The notes under the pieces were generated by a model. That model ran no database searches, had not been told where the DNA came from, and saw nothing but the letters and a program-made list of their open reading frames with translations. Made by a program: the position numbers and the translations under genes. This document shows positions 1 to 12,899 of a DNA stretch of 64,000 nucleotides, piece by piece. Each line of letters opens with the position of its first letter. Positions within the stretch are counted from its first letter, which is position 1. The stretch lies in contig NC_043022.1 in the NCBI RefSeq assembly GCF_006345805.1, positions 6,696,001 to 6,760,000 on the forward strand, given 5' to 3'. The stretch is from Octopus sinensis (Eukaryota).

Positions 1-1580
1 AAGATATCAATACTGTTTTTCAAAATATCTTCAGTGCAATCTGGACTGCATGTAAAGCATCAGTACTGTGCAAATGCTCTAGAAATAAAAACAATGTAAT
101 TTGGGAGACTGCAGCAGTTTGACTTGCCAGGAAAGATCGTTGTGATGCTGAACAGAAATACAGACAGCATAGAACAGATGAGAGCAGAAGAAGATGCAAC
201 AGATCATCTAACCGACTCAAGCAAGCAACGAAAAAGGCAGTGCTTGAGTTTGAACGATGTATAGCAACTAGCAACTAGCCCTGACAGCAAAGTGTTCTGA
301 AAATATGTGCATTCAAAACAGAATTCTCACTCCCTAACTGGCCCTCTTCATGATCCCCACACAGGTTAGATGACTGATGACACCAAGGAATGCACTGAGC
401 TTATTGCTGAATGCTATGCTGGCATTTTTACTGCTGATAACCCCAATGTATCTTCTTCACCAACTCTGACATCAAATTCCATAACATCTGTGAAATTCAC
501 ACCCACAATACTGTGACACCACCTCAAGAATAAGCGCAACTATGCCTCTCCTGGTCTTGATGGTGTAACTTATTTTCTTCTCAAATGTGGTGGGTTCTTT
601 CTATTGCACCAGCTTTCTTCCTTTTGTCAATTCTGCCTTAACAACTGTCTCACTTCAGAGCACTGGAAAATTGCCAGTGTTATTCCCCTGTTCAAAACAG
701 GTGATCGCACATCACCTGTCAACTACTGTCCAGTCAACCTTACTAGCTGCATCGCCAAACTGATGGAGTCCTGTGTCAGGGAAACACTCTGGAACTTTTG
801 GTGCTCTCACAGCCTTATTTAGCCCTCACAATTTGGTTTTATCTCCTGTAGTCGAGTTTCTTGAGGACATAACCTGAGTTATTGATGGTGGCTCATTGGT
901 GGATACTGTCTACCCTGATTTTGCTAAAGCCTTCAACTCTGTACCACACAAATGACTCATGGTAAAACTCCCTGCAGTGAGTGTGAAGGATGATCTCTAT
1001 AACTGGCTGAAGTCCTTCATTCTTGGCCGGAAAGATGTAGTTACGGTTCTAGGACATCGTTCTTCACCCTACGATATTACTTCTGGTGTACCACAGGGAT
1101 CTGTTCTTGAACCCTTACTGTTGGTTGCATATATTAATGATCTAGATGCCAATTTGAGGAATGTTTCAGTGCTGAAATATGCAGATGGCACCAAGCTGTA
1201 CCTTGAAATAAAAAGAACAGATCCTATCCTGCAATCAGACCTGGATACAATGCAGTAGTGGACCTCTGACTGGCAACTCAAGCTAGCTGTAGACAAGTGT
1301 GTCACCATGCATTTTGGGAGGAAAAATCCATCCTTTACATACTCCCTCAGCAACACCAATCTCAAGAAGTCTTCTAGTGGACATGATCTGGGTATTATTG
1401 TAAACAACAATCAGCATTGGACAAACCACATATCTAAGATTGTCAAAAAGGCTGAGGGGGTGCTAGCTTCACTCAGTAAGACCTTTGTCAGCCACTCTCC
1501 AGCTATCTATTTAAAATTGTATACGACAATGGTATGTCCACACTTGGAATTTGCATCAATAGTCTGGAACCCCTCTCTTG
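1..1580 (+). mobile_element. decayed CR1/L2-clade LINE ORF2 (RT) fragment
   Basis: Frameshifted pieces WKIASVIPLFKTGDRTSPVNYCPVNLTS, GVPQGSVLEPLL, KYADGTKL, DLGII, PHLEFASIVWNP. Confidence 0.9.
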
Positions 1581-1884
1581 CTCAGATTCCCAGTTTATCT
1601 TTTTACTTTCCATTCTTTTCTTTCCTTCCCTCTACCCCATCTCTCTATCCTTCTCCTGAGCCTTCTCATTGTACCTTTGGAACACAAGTACCACTATATT
1701 CTTTTTTTTGTCATGTAGTGTCCCACATTTTGAAATACTTGCAATTTGTATTTTTACTGCTTATGTTAGCTCTGCTTGATACATTTCCAAAATTAAACAT
1801 TTTAATATGCAAAATATACTTCACATTATTACATATACTATGCATTAATGCAAAAAAATATTGTGTTTATTGGCTATCTTCAAA

Positions 1885-2353
1885 ATGATCACACCATCAA
1901 TGGAAAATTTCAATGCCAACTTCCTAAGGCAGTTATGAAAGGCTATATCAAAACTAAACACCCAGAAAAACTGATGAATGGGGTCTTGTTTCATTAGGAC
2001 AAAGCTTCAGCACACAAGTCATTGGTTTCAATGGCTGCTGTGTGTGACTGGTTTTGACCTGGTTGATCATCCTCCCTATGTTAGTGATTTGGTTCCTTCT
2101 GGTTATCATCTGTTTCCCAACATAGAAAAACACTCAGCTGAGCACCAGTATCACTATGATGAGAACATCTTATCTGTTGTTGATGACCATTTTGATCAAC
2201 AGAAAAGCTTCTTCACCAGTGCGACCCAAGCACTGCAACTACTAATGGAAGTGTGTGGACAGTAAGAGGAACTATGTTAAAAATAACTTCATTTGGTCAC
2301 ATTCCATTGAGAGTGTCTTGCTCAGATTATGAACATTTCAGCCGACCCCCATA
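1885..2353 (+). mobile_element. mariner transposase 3' relic with right TIR remnant
   Basis: HPPYVSDLVPSGYHLFPN matches the mariner HPPYSPDLAPSDYHLF motif. Confidence 0.85.
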
Positions 2354-3053
2354 ATAATAAAAGTTATTATTATACCTGCATTTTTTTTAATGTTAACATT
2401 GGAAAAATCCACATTTTTCATAAAAAAATTAGGACCTGGGTTTGCACCCCTTTAGCAAATTTTGTTGCTGGGCCACTGTCTGTTGTGTATTCTTATATTC
2501 AAGACTTTCCAACATGGGGCCACCTCGTTTGTTGGGACTAACGACATTAACATTGGCCTCTCTTTTTATGAGGCAATAAGTTGTGATTTAAGGACGATCT
2601 GACTGCTATTTCTTGAAGTTCGGACTCCCACATAAATGTTCCTCCGTTGAGTGAGGTCCTGGTGATTGAGATTTTGGTCAATTGAGAAAGCAAACTTAGA
2701 TGGAGGAAGGGAGATAACAATTTCCAATTTGAAACAAATTTTTTTAAATGTCTTTTGAAAACTAAAATCATTCTTTAGTACAAACACCATTCATAAGCAT
2801 TTACCATAAAGAATGATTTTATTTTTCAAAAGACATTCAAATTGGAAATTGTAAGAGAGAAATAGACAGAGTTTCTGTATGTGTGAGAGAGAGGGAGGGA
2901 GATTGTGTGACAAAGAGGAAGAGAGAAGAGAGAGAGAGAGAGAGGTTTTGTGACAAAAAAAGGAAAAGAGGAGAGATAGGGGGGAGAGGAAGACAGTGGA
3001 CGAGAACGAGAGGAAGAGGTTAGAAATAAAAAGAGAGAGTGTGAGAGAACATC

Positions 3054-3088
<35 letters not shown>

Positions 3089-3104
3089 AATATAAAAAGA
3101 TCCG

Positions 3105-3655
3105 GGATCTTTTCCTTTTGAACGGCACTTTGTAACATAATTTCTAGGTAACTAAAAAGTTTTAAACTTCGTATACTGGTAGAATGTGTTTATAAAACAT
3201 CATTTTCTCTTGGTTTTATTGAGAAAATTCTATAGTTTGTAAGATATTTCGTCTGAAAATCCGAGCATTTCGGCAATTTTAACCAATCGATTACCGCCAT
3301 TGAACTAAAGTCATTTGCTGCGTCTAAAACTGAGACATCCTGTCACTAACCCTCAACCTAACCCTAACCCTAAATTTTTTTTTCTTAATCGTTGAATTAA
3401 TTTAATTGTTACTCGTGTAAAAAAAAACAAACGAAAGCAATGAGACTCAGCAAATGATTTTAGCTGAAAAGAGAGCATAGGATTGGTTAAAATTCGAAAA
3501 ATTAAACTACGTTAAACAAACAAATTACAATTTTCTCAAGAAAGCCAAGAGAAAAAAATGTTTTATATTGACACATTCTACCAGTATACGAAGTTTAAAA
3601 GTGTTTAGTTAACTAGAAATTGTGTTGAAAACTGCCGTTCAAAAGGAAAAGATAC
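3105..3655. mobile_element. Merlin-like MITE with ~140-bp imperfect TIRs
   Basis: Ends GGATCTTTTCCTTTTGAACGGCA / TGCCGTTCAAAAGGAAAAGATAC; 8-bp TSD AAGATCCG at 3097-3104 and 3656-3663. Confidence 0.7.
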
Positions 3656-3663
3656 AAGATCCG

Positions 3664-4305
3664 AAATATAAACACAATCATAAAGAGACAGAGAGAAAGA
3701 GAGAGAAATATGGATACAGAGAGAAAGACAGAGAGAGAGGCGAGGGAGAGAAAGAGAGAGAAATATGGATATAGAGAGAAAGACAGAGAGAGGGGAAGGA
3801 GAGAAATATGGATAGAGAAATAAAGACACAGAGAGGGGAGGAAGAGAAAGAGCGAGAAATATAGATAGAGAGATAAAGACAGAGAGAGGGGAGAGAGAGA
3901 AATATGGATATAGAGATAAAGACAGAGCGAGGGGAGGCAGAGAAAGAGCGAGAAATATGGATAGAGAGATAAAGACAGAGAGAGGGAAGGGAGAGAAATA
4001 TGGATAGAGAGATAAAGACAGAGAGAGGGAAGGGAGAGAAAGAGCGAGAGAAATATGGATAGAGAGATAATGACAGAGAGAGGGGAGGGAGAGAAAGAGC
4101 GAGAAATATGGATAGAGAGATAATGACAGAGAGAGCCGAGGGAGAAAAATATGGATAGAGAGATAATGACAGAGAGAGGGGAGGGAGAGAAAGAGCGAGA
4201 AATATGGATAGAGAGATAATGACAGAGAGAGCCGAGGGAGAAAAATATGGATAGAGAGATAAAGACAGACAGAGAGGGGAGGGAGAGAAAGAGAGTGTTA
4301 AAAAA
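3664..4305. repeat. GA-rich minisatellite
   Basis: Repeated GAAA(A)ATATGGATAGAGAGATAA(A/T)GACAGAGAGAGG units. Confidence 0.9.
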
Positions 4306-4334
4306 AATCGCAAACTAGAGACGCCTCAGTGGAG

Positions 4335-4405
4335 ATGTACTTCCGGTGTGCGCATAAACGTGCGCAGAAGTGGTGGTGTTGCACGTGCGAGTGTATTATG
4401 GCGGT
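4335..4405 (+). promoter_or_regulatory. CpG-rich housekeeping-type promoter of ELYS
   Basis: ACTTCCGG (ETS-type, 4339-4346), TGCGCA twice (NRF1-like, 4349 and 4361), CACGTG (4382) and ATGGCGG (YY1-type, 4398) cluster in otherwise CpG-poor DNA. Confidence 0.6.
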
Positions 4406-4539
4406 TCTGTTGAAAGTGGAGTCGAGAGGTGGAAGTGGTTGAGTGGAGCCTTTCACCCGAATCACCACCACATTTCTTTATTAAACACCATTCGAGGATT
4501 TAGACACTCGACGACGACAACATCTCATAGAACAACGAG
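4390..4539 (+). other. AHCTF1: probable non-coding exon 1 (start approximate)
   Basis: Follows the promoter cluster and ends at donor GAG|GTGAGA (intron starts 4540). No transcript evidence. Confidence 0.5.
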
Positions 4540-4807
4540 GTGAGACACCTTTTTTTTAATCTCTTACAGTGCAATCATGGAGGCAGGCTCTGCTTCCATG
4601 ATTCTCGTCTCTCTTAATTATTTAACGCCAGTTTATTATTCCTCCTTCATTCTTTTATTTCTCCAAATGTTTCGCTCTCTTCTCCAAAACACATCGTTCA
4701 CACAAAACGACGGTGTCATAGTCTCTTTACTTATTTAAACACGTGTATTTAGACCACACACACATATATATACATATATATATATATCGGTTCCATTCTA
4801 GCAAAAA

Positions 4808-4845
4808 CTGTCTGATGAGCGGCAACGAGAAACTCAGAGTAACAG
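4808..4845 (+). ncRNA. minimal type I hammerhead ribozyme motif, one helix II mismatch
   Basis: CTGT-CTGATGA-GCG(gcaa)CGA-GAAA-CT(cag)AG-TA-ACAG. Confidence 0.6.
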
Positions 4846-4875
4846 ATTCTGTTGAATTTTCTGCTTTAAATAAAG

Positions 4876-4906
<31 letters not shown>

Positions 4907-5082
4907 GTGTGTGTGTATTCGGAGTTTGCTTGTGTACCTGATATATAAATATATATGTTAAGCATTTCTCTGCTCGCTCGTGTGATATTATTGTTGTCTC
5001 ATTTATCCCCGTATTTACAGCTATACTAACAATGTGTTGGTTCTTAATGGGAGATGCTGGGATGTAAATATGTGTTGGTCTA

Positions 5083-5134
<52 letters not shown>

Positions 5135-5137
<3 letters not shown>

Positions 5138-6005
5138 ATTTGTGTTTATGTAAGTGTGTATATATATATACACAGATATGTGTATTTGTGTTTGTGTAAG
5201 TGTGTATATATACACAGATATGTATGTGTGTGTATTTGTGTTTATGTAAGTGTGTATATATACACAGATATGTGTGTGTGTGTGTATTTGTGTTTATGTA
5301 AGTGTGTATATATACACAGATATATGTGTATTTGTGTTTATGTAAGTGTGTATATATACACAGATATATGTGTATTTGTGTTTATGTAAGTGTGTATATA
5401 TACACAGATATATGTGTATTTGTGTTTATGTAAGTGTGTATATATATACACAGATATGTGTGTTTGTGTAAGTGTGTATATATATACACAGATATATGTG
5501 TATTTGTGTTTATGTCAGTGTGTATATATATACACAGATATATGTGTATTTGTGTTTATGTAAGTGTATATATATATACACAGATATATGTGTATTTGTG
5601 TTTATGTAAGTGTGTATATATATACACAGATATATGTGTATTTGTGTTTATGTAAGTGTGTATATATATACACAGATATATGTGTATTTGTGTTTATGTA
5701 AGTGTGTATATATATATACACAGATATATGTGTATTTGTGTTTATGTAAGTGTATATATATACACAGATATGTGTATTTGTGTTTATGTAAGTGTGTATA
5801 TATATATACACAGATATGTGTATTTGTGTTTATGTAAGTGTGTATATATATATACACAGATATATGTGTATTTGTGTTTATGTAAGTGTGTATATATATA
5901 CACAGATATATGTGTATTTGTGTTTATGTAAGTGTGTATATATACACAGATATGTGTGTATTTGTGTTTATGTAAGTGTGTATATATACACAGATATATA
6001 TGTAT
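5135..6005. repeat. minisatellite, roughly 40-46 bp unit
   Basis: Tandem TATATACACAGATATATGTGTATTTGTGTTTATGTAAGTGTG, about 20 copies. Confidence 0.95.
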
Positions 6006-6506
6006 TTGTGTGAATGCATATACAACATTAGCGACAATACTCTGATGATTTTCTTGTTGACCATAAGACTATTTTCATGTGTATTTCGCACTGTTTCTGT
6101 AATATTTTTTTCTGTATGGGATGAAGTCGTTAATCTACATGTCCAGCTTTCAACGTGGATGGCCACGTTTGGTTTTTCTGCCTTGAACCCTGTCCAGAGA
6201 CACAGAATAATCCTTCTTTATTATAAGTTTAACTTCTTTTCATTTCTCTCTCCTTACAAGAAACTCCGCCACTATTTAAACTTTTAGCTCTCGTATTCGT
6301 AAGTACGATCCTACAAACTACAAACTTGATTTTATATATATATAAAGATCTCTCTTTTAAGTAGAAAGAATAGCCATAACTCTGACTGCTATTTCTAAAT
6401 TCGGTGTGTGGTGAGGCAAATCGTTGCTAAACCCTTAATTACTTTATATATATATGGCGGTGCCCCAGCATGGCCACAGCTCGTGAGCTGAAACTAGAAT
6501 CAATCA

Positions 6507-6542
<36 letters not shown>

Positions 6543-9496
6543 TATATGCCCTATACACATTACTCTGATCTAATGTGCACATCTGTAGGTCCCTGTGCGT
6601 ATGGGGGTGTATTTATACCAACAGTCTTTGTATTATTAGCAGTTGTTGAATTAATCTGTCCTCAGACCGTAATCTTAAACTTCTAATTCATAAATGCTGA
6701 CCCTAACCGAAGCTTTTAATAATTATCATAAATTTGAACTAACTTTCATTGAATATTACTGTAAATCAGACCGTCAGCGGTTTTGTTTTGGACAAACACT
6801 TGTTTGATTCGAACCGGGAATCTGAAATCTTTTAAGTTTAAGTGGCGACGGTGGGTATTTAAACCCACCCCATCATTCTTGGGGTGGAGTCTTCTATAGG
6901 TTCTTATCAGAAGCAACTGTCGATACTCTCGTCCAGTCCTTGCTCGGACGGTTCTTTGTAGTTTGAGATCATATCCCACCGAGGTCTATTTTGCCTTTCA
7001 TCTCTTGGGGCGGTTAAAAAAAAAAAAAGACTCACTCCAAGAACGGGAGATAGGGGAAACGGTATTCTTTCGTTACAAGAACGTGAAGTCTCATGTCTTT
7101 TGTAATTTGTTTCGACTCTTTGCGTTCTGAGTTCAAATCCCGTCATGGCCTGGCCCGGTTTAACACCACCATTTTCCCTCTTGGATCTCTCTGATAACGT
7201 TCACCCCGTGCCAAGCAATCAAGCCAGGTCTATGGTTTAAGAATGCCTTTCTCCCTCCCTCGTCCCAGTACTCACGGAGGCCCTGTAAAGAGTCAGGAGC
7301 ACAGCCCCTTCCCTGACTCCCTACCACTGGACTATTGTACCCTCATCCCGAAAGGGACCACTTGCCTTTGGCTCCTGACATGACCTACCTCCTCTCTCTG
7401 CCGTTAAGACTTGGTTAACTGGTGATTTAGCTGTTATTTCTCGTAAGTAGATTCCTTGTTTGTTTAATCCTGATACAAGTTGACTTACGATCAAAAGCAT
7501 TCCAGACATGACCGTCCCGTCTGTATATATCTAAAACCACAGGTTCGCGCTTGTTGTGACATCGTTCAACTCAGAGTGCAACGTTTATTTAAATTTCTAT
7601 ATTCTAAGTTCAAATCGGACCAAAGTTTGTCTTGCGATATTTTACAAGTACTGGAGCCAAATTTGTGGCCGTGTGTTTTCCTCCTCCTCCTCCACATTAC
7701 TAAGTTATGAATTATCTTCATCACTGAGTGCCTTAAAATGTTTTATTTCGACTGTTTTGTGTGTGTTTACGAAGTAGTGTACCAGTCATCTACTGAGGTT
7801 GATTCAGTTGTTTTGTAAATCCTTCCCTGTGTGATGATAGGAAAAAAAAAAAGCTTGTTTGTAAGTCTGTTCTTTAAAAAGATCGTTTTAATGTTAGGAA
7901 AACCATCTTCTTTCCCCCCTGAAAATGGTTTGTTGACGGACTTTTTATCACACACACGCACACAATATAGAAGAAAAGTACTCAATGCAGGTTCTTACTT
8001 TATTTTGGTCGTTTACAACTGTGGCCATTCGGGGATATTGCCTTCATGCCGTAGAGTTTGTGTGTGTGTACAACTATATATGATATTTAAGCTTATTTGG
8101 GTCATTCTTTATAAAATCCATCGTTAAACTTGGCTACAGTTCAAATTGTGTTTCTTTTTATTTTGAATTCCATTAGATTAATTGTTAAACACTAAATTAA
8201 TTGTTAAAACTGAGAAGCTGTGGAGTGTGATGACTGGTGACTGTGAAATATAAACACGAAGCGTGGTGCGGTGGTGGTGGGGTGCGTCTGTCGGGCGATT
8301 TTGGCGCACAAAAATGACATCACGAAAACAGCGAAAGTCATTGAAATTATTGAAGTGATAGTGTTGCTGTAGCTTGGCCGTGATGTTTATTTAATAAACG
8401 GGTCCATTCCAGTTAGATCTCATCCTTTTTAGGACATATTTTCTCTTTTATTTAGTGTGCCGTTGTTAGCATGGAACTTTTAATAGTAATGTGTGTATGT
8501 GTATGTAATGTGTTATTTGTATTATGTTATATATGTGTGTGTGTGTTCCATATATATAAATATATATATATAACCAACGAAGAGAACAACAGCTCGGTTA
8601 CCCGATCTGCTAGAAATAGTTGTCGAATGACTGCCCACCGTTTTAAAAGGAGGACACCTTAGCTAAGTGATCGATGATCAGAGATATTGCTTTAACGGCG
8701 AGGCTGGAATGATTTCAATGACGGGGGACACAGTCTGTGGTATCGGTTTACCTGAGCTAGCAGAATCGTTAGCACGTCGGGCGAAATGCTTAGCGGTATT
8801 TCGTCTGCCGTTACGTTGTGAGTTCAAATTCCGCCGAGGTCGACTTTGCCTTTCATCCTTTCGGGGTCGATAAATTAAGTACCAGTTAAGCACTGGGGTC
8901 GGTATAATCGACTTAATACCTATGTCTGTCCGTGTTTGTCCCCTCTATGTTCAGCCCCTTGTGGGTAATAAAGAAATTATTATCGGTTTACCTCGATGTC
9001 TAAGAATAAAACAAATACTGTGTCGTATGGAGAGGAGGCGGAGTGTGTGTGAGCATTGCCGTGAAACAATTTTGGGGGGACATCTAGAGAGGCATGGAAC
9101 CTATACGTGGTAGCTTCAACTGCTAAAAATAACAGCTACCTCCAATCACACCCTATTACTTAGAAAAATAAGAGGGCAAAGGCAGTCTAGATAATGTACT
9201 TTTAGCTCGGCAAATACTTTTGAAAGATGATTGGAAAGTCTTTGGTCCTTAGATCAGTTGGATCAGAGCTGAGTTGGTGATTAAACAAAAGAGACATACT
9301 AATTTGAAAATTTGCTCAAGGCCAGCAATTTCAGTGAGGCAGGGGTGGGGTTTGCTAAGTTGTTTACATTGATCCCAGTTCTCAGCTGGTATTTATTTTA
9401 TTGACCCTGAAAGGCATGAAGGGCAGAGTCGACCTCAGCGGAATATGAACTCAGAACCTGAAGATGGCTGAAATGCCACTGTGTTTTCCCCGTCAT

Positions 9497-9709
9497 ACTC
9501 TTACTCTTTACTCTTTTACTTGTTTCAGTCATTTGACTGCGGCCATGCTGGAGCACCGCCTTTAATCGAGCAACTCGACCCCGGGACTTATTCTTTTGTA
9601 AGCCCAGTACTTATTCTATCGGTCTCTTTTGCCGAACCGCTAAGTGACGGGGACGTAAACACACCAGCATCGGTTGTCAAGCAATGCTAGGGGGACAATC
9701 ACAGACACA

Positions 9710-9769
<60 letters not shown>

Positions 9770-10046
9770 CGACAGGCTTCTTTCAGTTTCCGTCTACCAA
9801 ATCCACTCACAAGGCTTTGGTCGGCCCGAGGCTATAGCAGAAGACACTGCCCAAGATGCCACGCAGTGGGACTGAACCCGGAACCATGTGGTTGGTTAGC
9901 AAGCTACTTACCACACAGCCATCTGCGCCTAATAAGTCTGGTACTTATTCTATCGGTCTCTTTTGCCGAACCGCTAAGTGACGGGGACGTAAACACACCA
10001 GCATCGGTTGTCAAGCAATGCTAGGGGGACAATCACAGACACACAA

Positions 10047-10079
<33 letters not shown>

Positions 10080-10242
10080 CGACAGGCTTCTTTCAGTTTC
10101 CGTCTACCAAATCCACTCACAAGGCATTGGTCGGCCCGAGGCTATAGTAGAAGACACTTGGCCCAAGATGCCACGCAGTGGGACTGAACCCGGAACCATA
10201 TGGTTGGTAGACAAGCTACTTACCACACAGCCACTCCTGCGC
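9497..10242 (-). mobile_element. SINE family 1 (tRNA head, CORE-like CTTGGGCAAGT, (GAGTAAAA)n tail): dimer of a 3'-truncated copy (9941-10242) and a full copy (9497-9929)
   Basis: A box TGGCTGTGTGG, B box GGTTCAGTCCC. Resembles the octopus OR-type CORE-SINEs as recalled; name not verified. Confidence 0.85.
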
Positions 10243-10486
10243 TAACAATTTTAATAGCTTGCTGCCTTACAGTGTTGAAAGATTTTAACCAAATTTCTGT
10301 TCATGTAAGTTAAATGGACGTTTATATTTTAAAATATAAAAAGACTCCAAAACCATGTTCAATTATGTAAAATATGAAATTTAAGTATAACAAACTTCTC
10401 TCTATCCTATAAACTCTACTCTAACATGACATGATGGTGTGATAATGTTCAGAAATCGCTTAGCAATTTCTCCTATACACTAACTA

Positions 10487-10843
10487 AGTGGCTGTGTGGT
10501 AAGTAGCTTGTTTACCAACCACATGGTTCCGGGTTCAGTCCCACTGCGTGGCATCTTGGGCAAGTGTCTTCTGCTATAGCCCCGGGCCGACCAATGCCTT
10601 GTGAGTGGATTTGGTAGATGAAAACTGAAAGAAGCCTGTCGTATATATGTATATATATATATATGTGCGTGTGTTTGTCCCCCTGGTGTGTTTACGTCCC
10701 CGTAACTTAGCGGTTTGGCAAAAGAGACCGATAGAATAAGTACTGCGCTTACAAAAAGAATAAGTCCCGGGGTCAATTTGCTCGACTAAAGGCGGTGCTC
10801 CAGCATGGCCGCAGTCAAATGACTGAAACAAGTAAAAGAGTAA
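10487..10843 (+). mobile_element. SINE family 1
   Basis: Same head, body and tail. Confidence 0.88.
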
Positions 10844-12167
10844 TTTCTTTGTAAAATATTGTCTGTGTGACCAGACACATCTGACAGTAATTGTGTTAGA
10901 TTTCAGCTAAAAGTCAACGACCCTGGGTGACATTAGTTTCAGTTTTGTAATTGCAAAGAGTTAAAAACTGGATTTGATATTGTTTCTGAGTTTGGGATGA
11001 GCCTGGATTTGATTTTTTATGTTTCATTCACTTGGTGTTGACTTTGAGATGAGCCTGGATTAAGCAGACTCGTATATAATCTGATGTTCTACCCATAACC
11101 TTCCTGTCTTTTATTTAGTCAGTTTACCTCTATTGAAGACAGCATTTTACAATGTGACCTTCACCTTACAAACACACACACACACACACACAGAGTAAAT
11201 GTTTTACTTTATTGTATGTCTCATTCTTCTTAATTTCTCCTTGTCTATGACTTTGCAACGGAATCTGTCCCTCACCATTCTTGCCCAACAACTTAAACCT
11301 GTCAGCCACTAACAACACGCTGTATTAAATCCAAGCGAAACAGAGTTCATTTAATGAGGTGCCCCTTAATACATACATCACCTGACAGGATGCTTCTGCA
11401 CTAAGGGATGCACCGCAACTAGTTGTATAGTTTCTCACCTGTGAGGGATCGATGCAGTTGTGAGCAATAAAGTTTCCCATGGATTCCATTTTCCATCTGT
11501 TATTTGTTGGGTTCTCTTGTCATGAATGACAAGTGAGGGTTCAGTAAAATAAAGCATTATGTTTTATGGACACTAATGTGTCCCTTGAGGCCTGCTGGTG
11601 CCTTGCAAACCTTTCAGCAAATGGAACAAGTTGAGGACTCAGTTTGCTCAAGTGCTTGTTGATCATTCACCATGTGTCTTCTTGAGTGGATGGCAAGACC
11701 TGCTTTGCTCCATGGTACAAAACCACAATGGCAGGTAAGGTTCCCATTTAGAGGAGCAGCATTTTGCCAGTCTGTCTTCATGCTTGAACAAAGTTGGTCC
11801 CAGTGGTGGAGTCTTTAAACTGAGGCAAAGCAGGACTGGCACCAAGTCCTGCAATCTGATGATTTGATTACCCAGGAAGAAAAGGAAGTGTTGCATTGCT
11901 TCAGATTGTCTTTTAGTTTGTCCCTGAAGCACAAGAGTGGCGTTCCAGCTGACCTGTTGGGAATTGGCCAGAGAGAAGTTGCGTTGGAATTCCCACATCA
12001 CTCCTCACCATCTAAGCTGTATTTTGATGAGGATGGCTTCAATACCTGATATGTTGCCTTTTGTTAGCACCTTACAGTTACAAATATGGTCCCTTGGTTT
12101 TATGTTGGAGATACTACGCAAGCAGGGCACACACACACACACACATATACTTCTTCTTTTTACAGCA

Positions 12168-12401
12168 TTCACCCGGGGTGGGTTGAGCTGGCTTCAATCA
12201 TCCTCAATGCTGCATTTCTCACAAACCCCGACAGGCCTGGCGATTTGAGGCTAACAACTGCGTGATGTCCAACCACTCCTTATTCCAGCGGCAAACGCCA
12301 TAGATATGGGGGCCTAGGTTGGGTTCCAGAACAGCCTTGACTGTCATCACCCAGGTTTTTCATTGTCCACTACATCGCTTTCGCCAACCCTGAAGGGGAG
12401 C
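12168..12401 (-). mobile_element. probable RTE-type LINE 3' end relic
   Basis: Minus strand ends ...GAAGCCAGCTCAACCCACCCCGGGTGAATGC, resembling RTE-type C-termini as I recall them. Confidence 0.45.
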
Positions 12402-12899
12402 TGGGGCAATTGCTCCCCTTCAGGGTTGGCGAAAGCAATGTAGTGGGGGAGCAAAACTTGTAGAATTGCTGTAACATTTGAAAGTCTCTCATTGTGCATT
12501 TTAATAGGTTTAGTAATTCAAAAGTAGGTTAATCACATTCACATATAATTATAAGACAAGTCTATGTGGCTTTCATTGTTTGCAATTACAGCCTCCACAC
12601 AACCCCAGAACCCCACACAACTCTTCACCATGAAGTCACTGGACATCCTGGCCCACTCATTATGGCAACCTTCAGAGAATTGATGTTGGGGTGAGAGGTT
12701 TTGTTGGTGGCCTGCTCCAAAATGGCCCACACATCATAGTCCAGAGGGTTGAGATGTGGACTAGGAGAGGGTCAAAAGTTCACAGACCAGAAACCAGGAA
12801 GTTGGATTTGCAGAAATTCTCTACCTTCTTGGCAGTATGGCTGAGAACACCATCCTGGGTCCACACATAGTTGCCCTCTGGGTAATTGGCCTTCAGCCA

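Noticed and set aside
3347-3373. CCCTAA repeats as an interstitial telomere
   Set aside because: Only a few degenerate units, internal to a MITE.
3678-4313. 211-aa minus-strand ORF and the ORFs over 5021-6287
   Set aside because: Translations of minisatellites; low complexity, no splice or homology support.
7290-7381. Nested hairpins (GTCAGGAGC/GCTCCTGAC; TCCC-GAAA-GGGA)
   Set aside because: Checked by eye against HDV-like and twister consensus with no match; short stems can arise by chance. An Rfam search would settle it.
11378-11435. CACCTGACAGGATGC...CGCAACTAGTTGTA resembling a decayed hammerhead
   Set aside because: Both core segments are mutated; cannot be supported.
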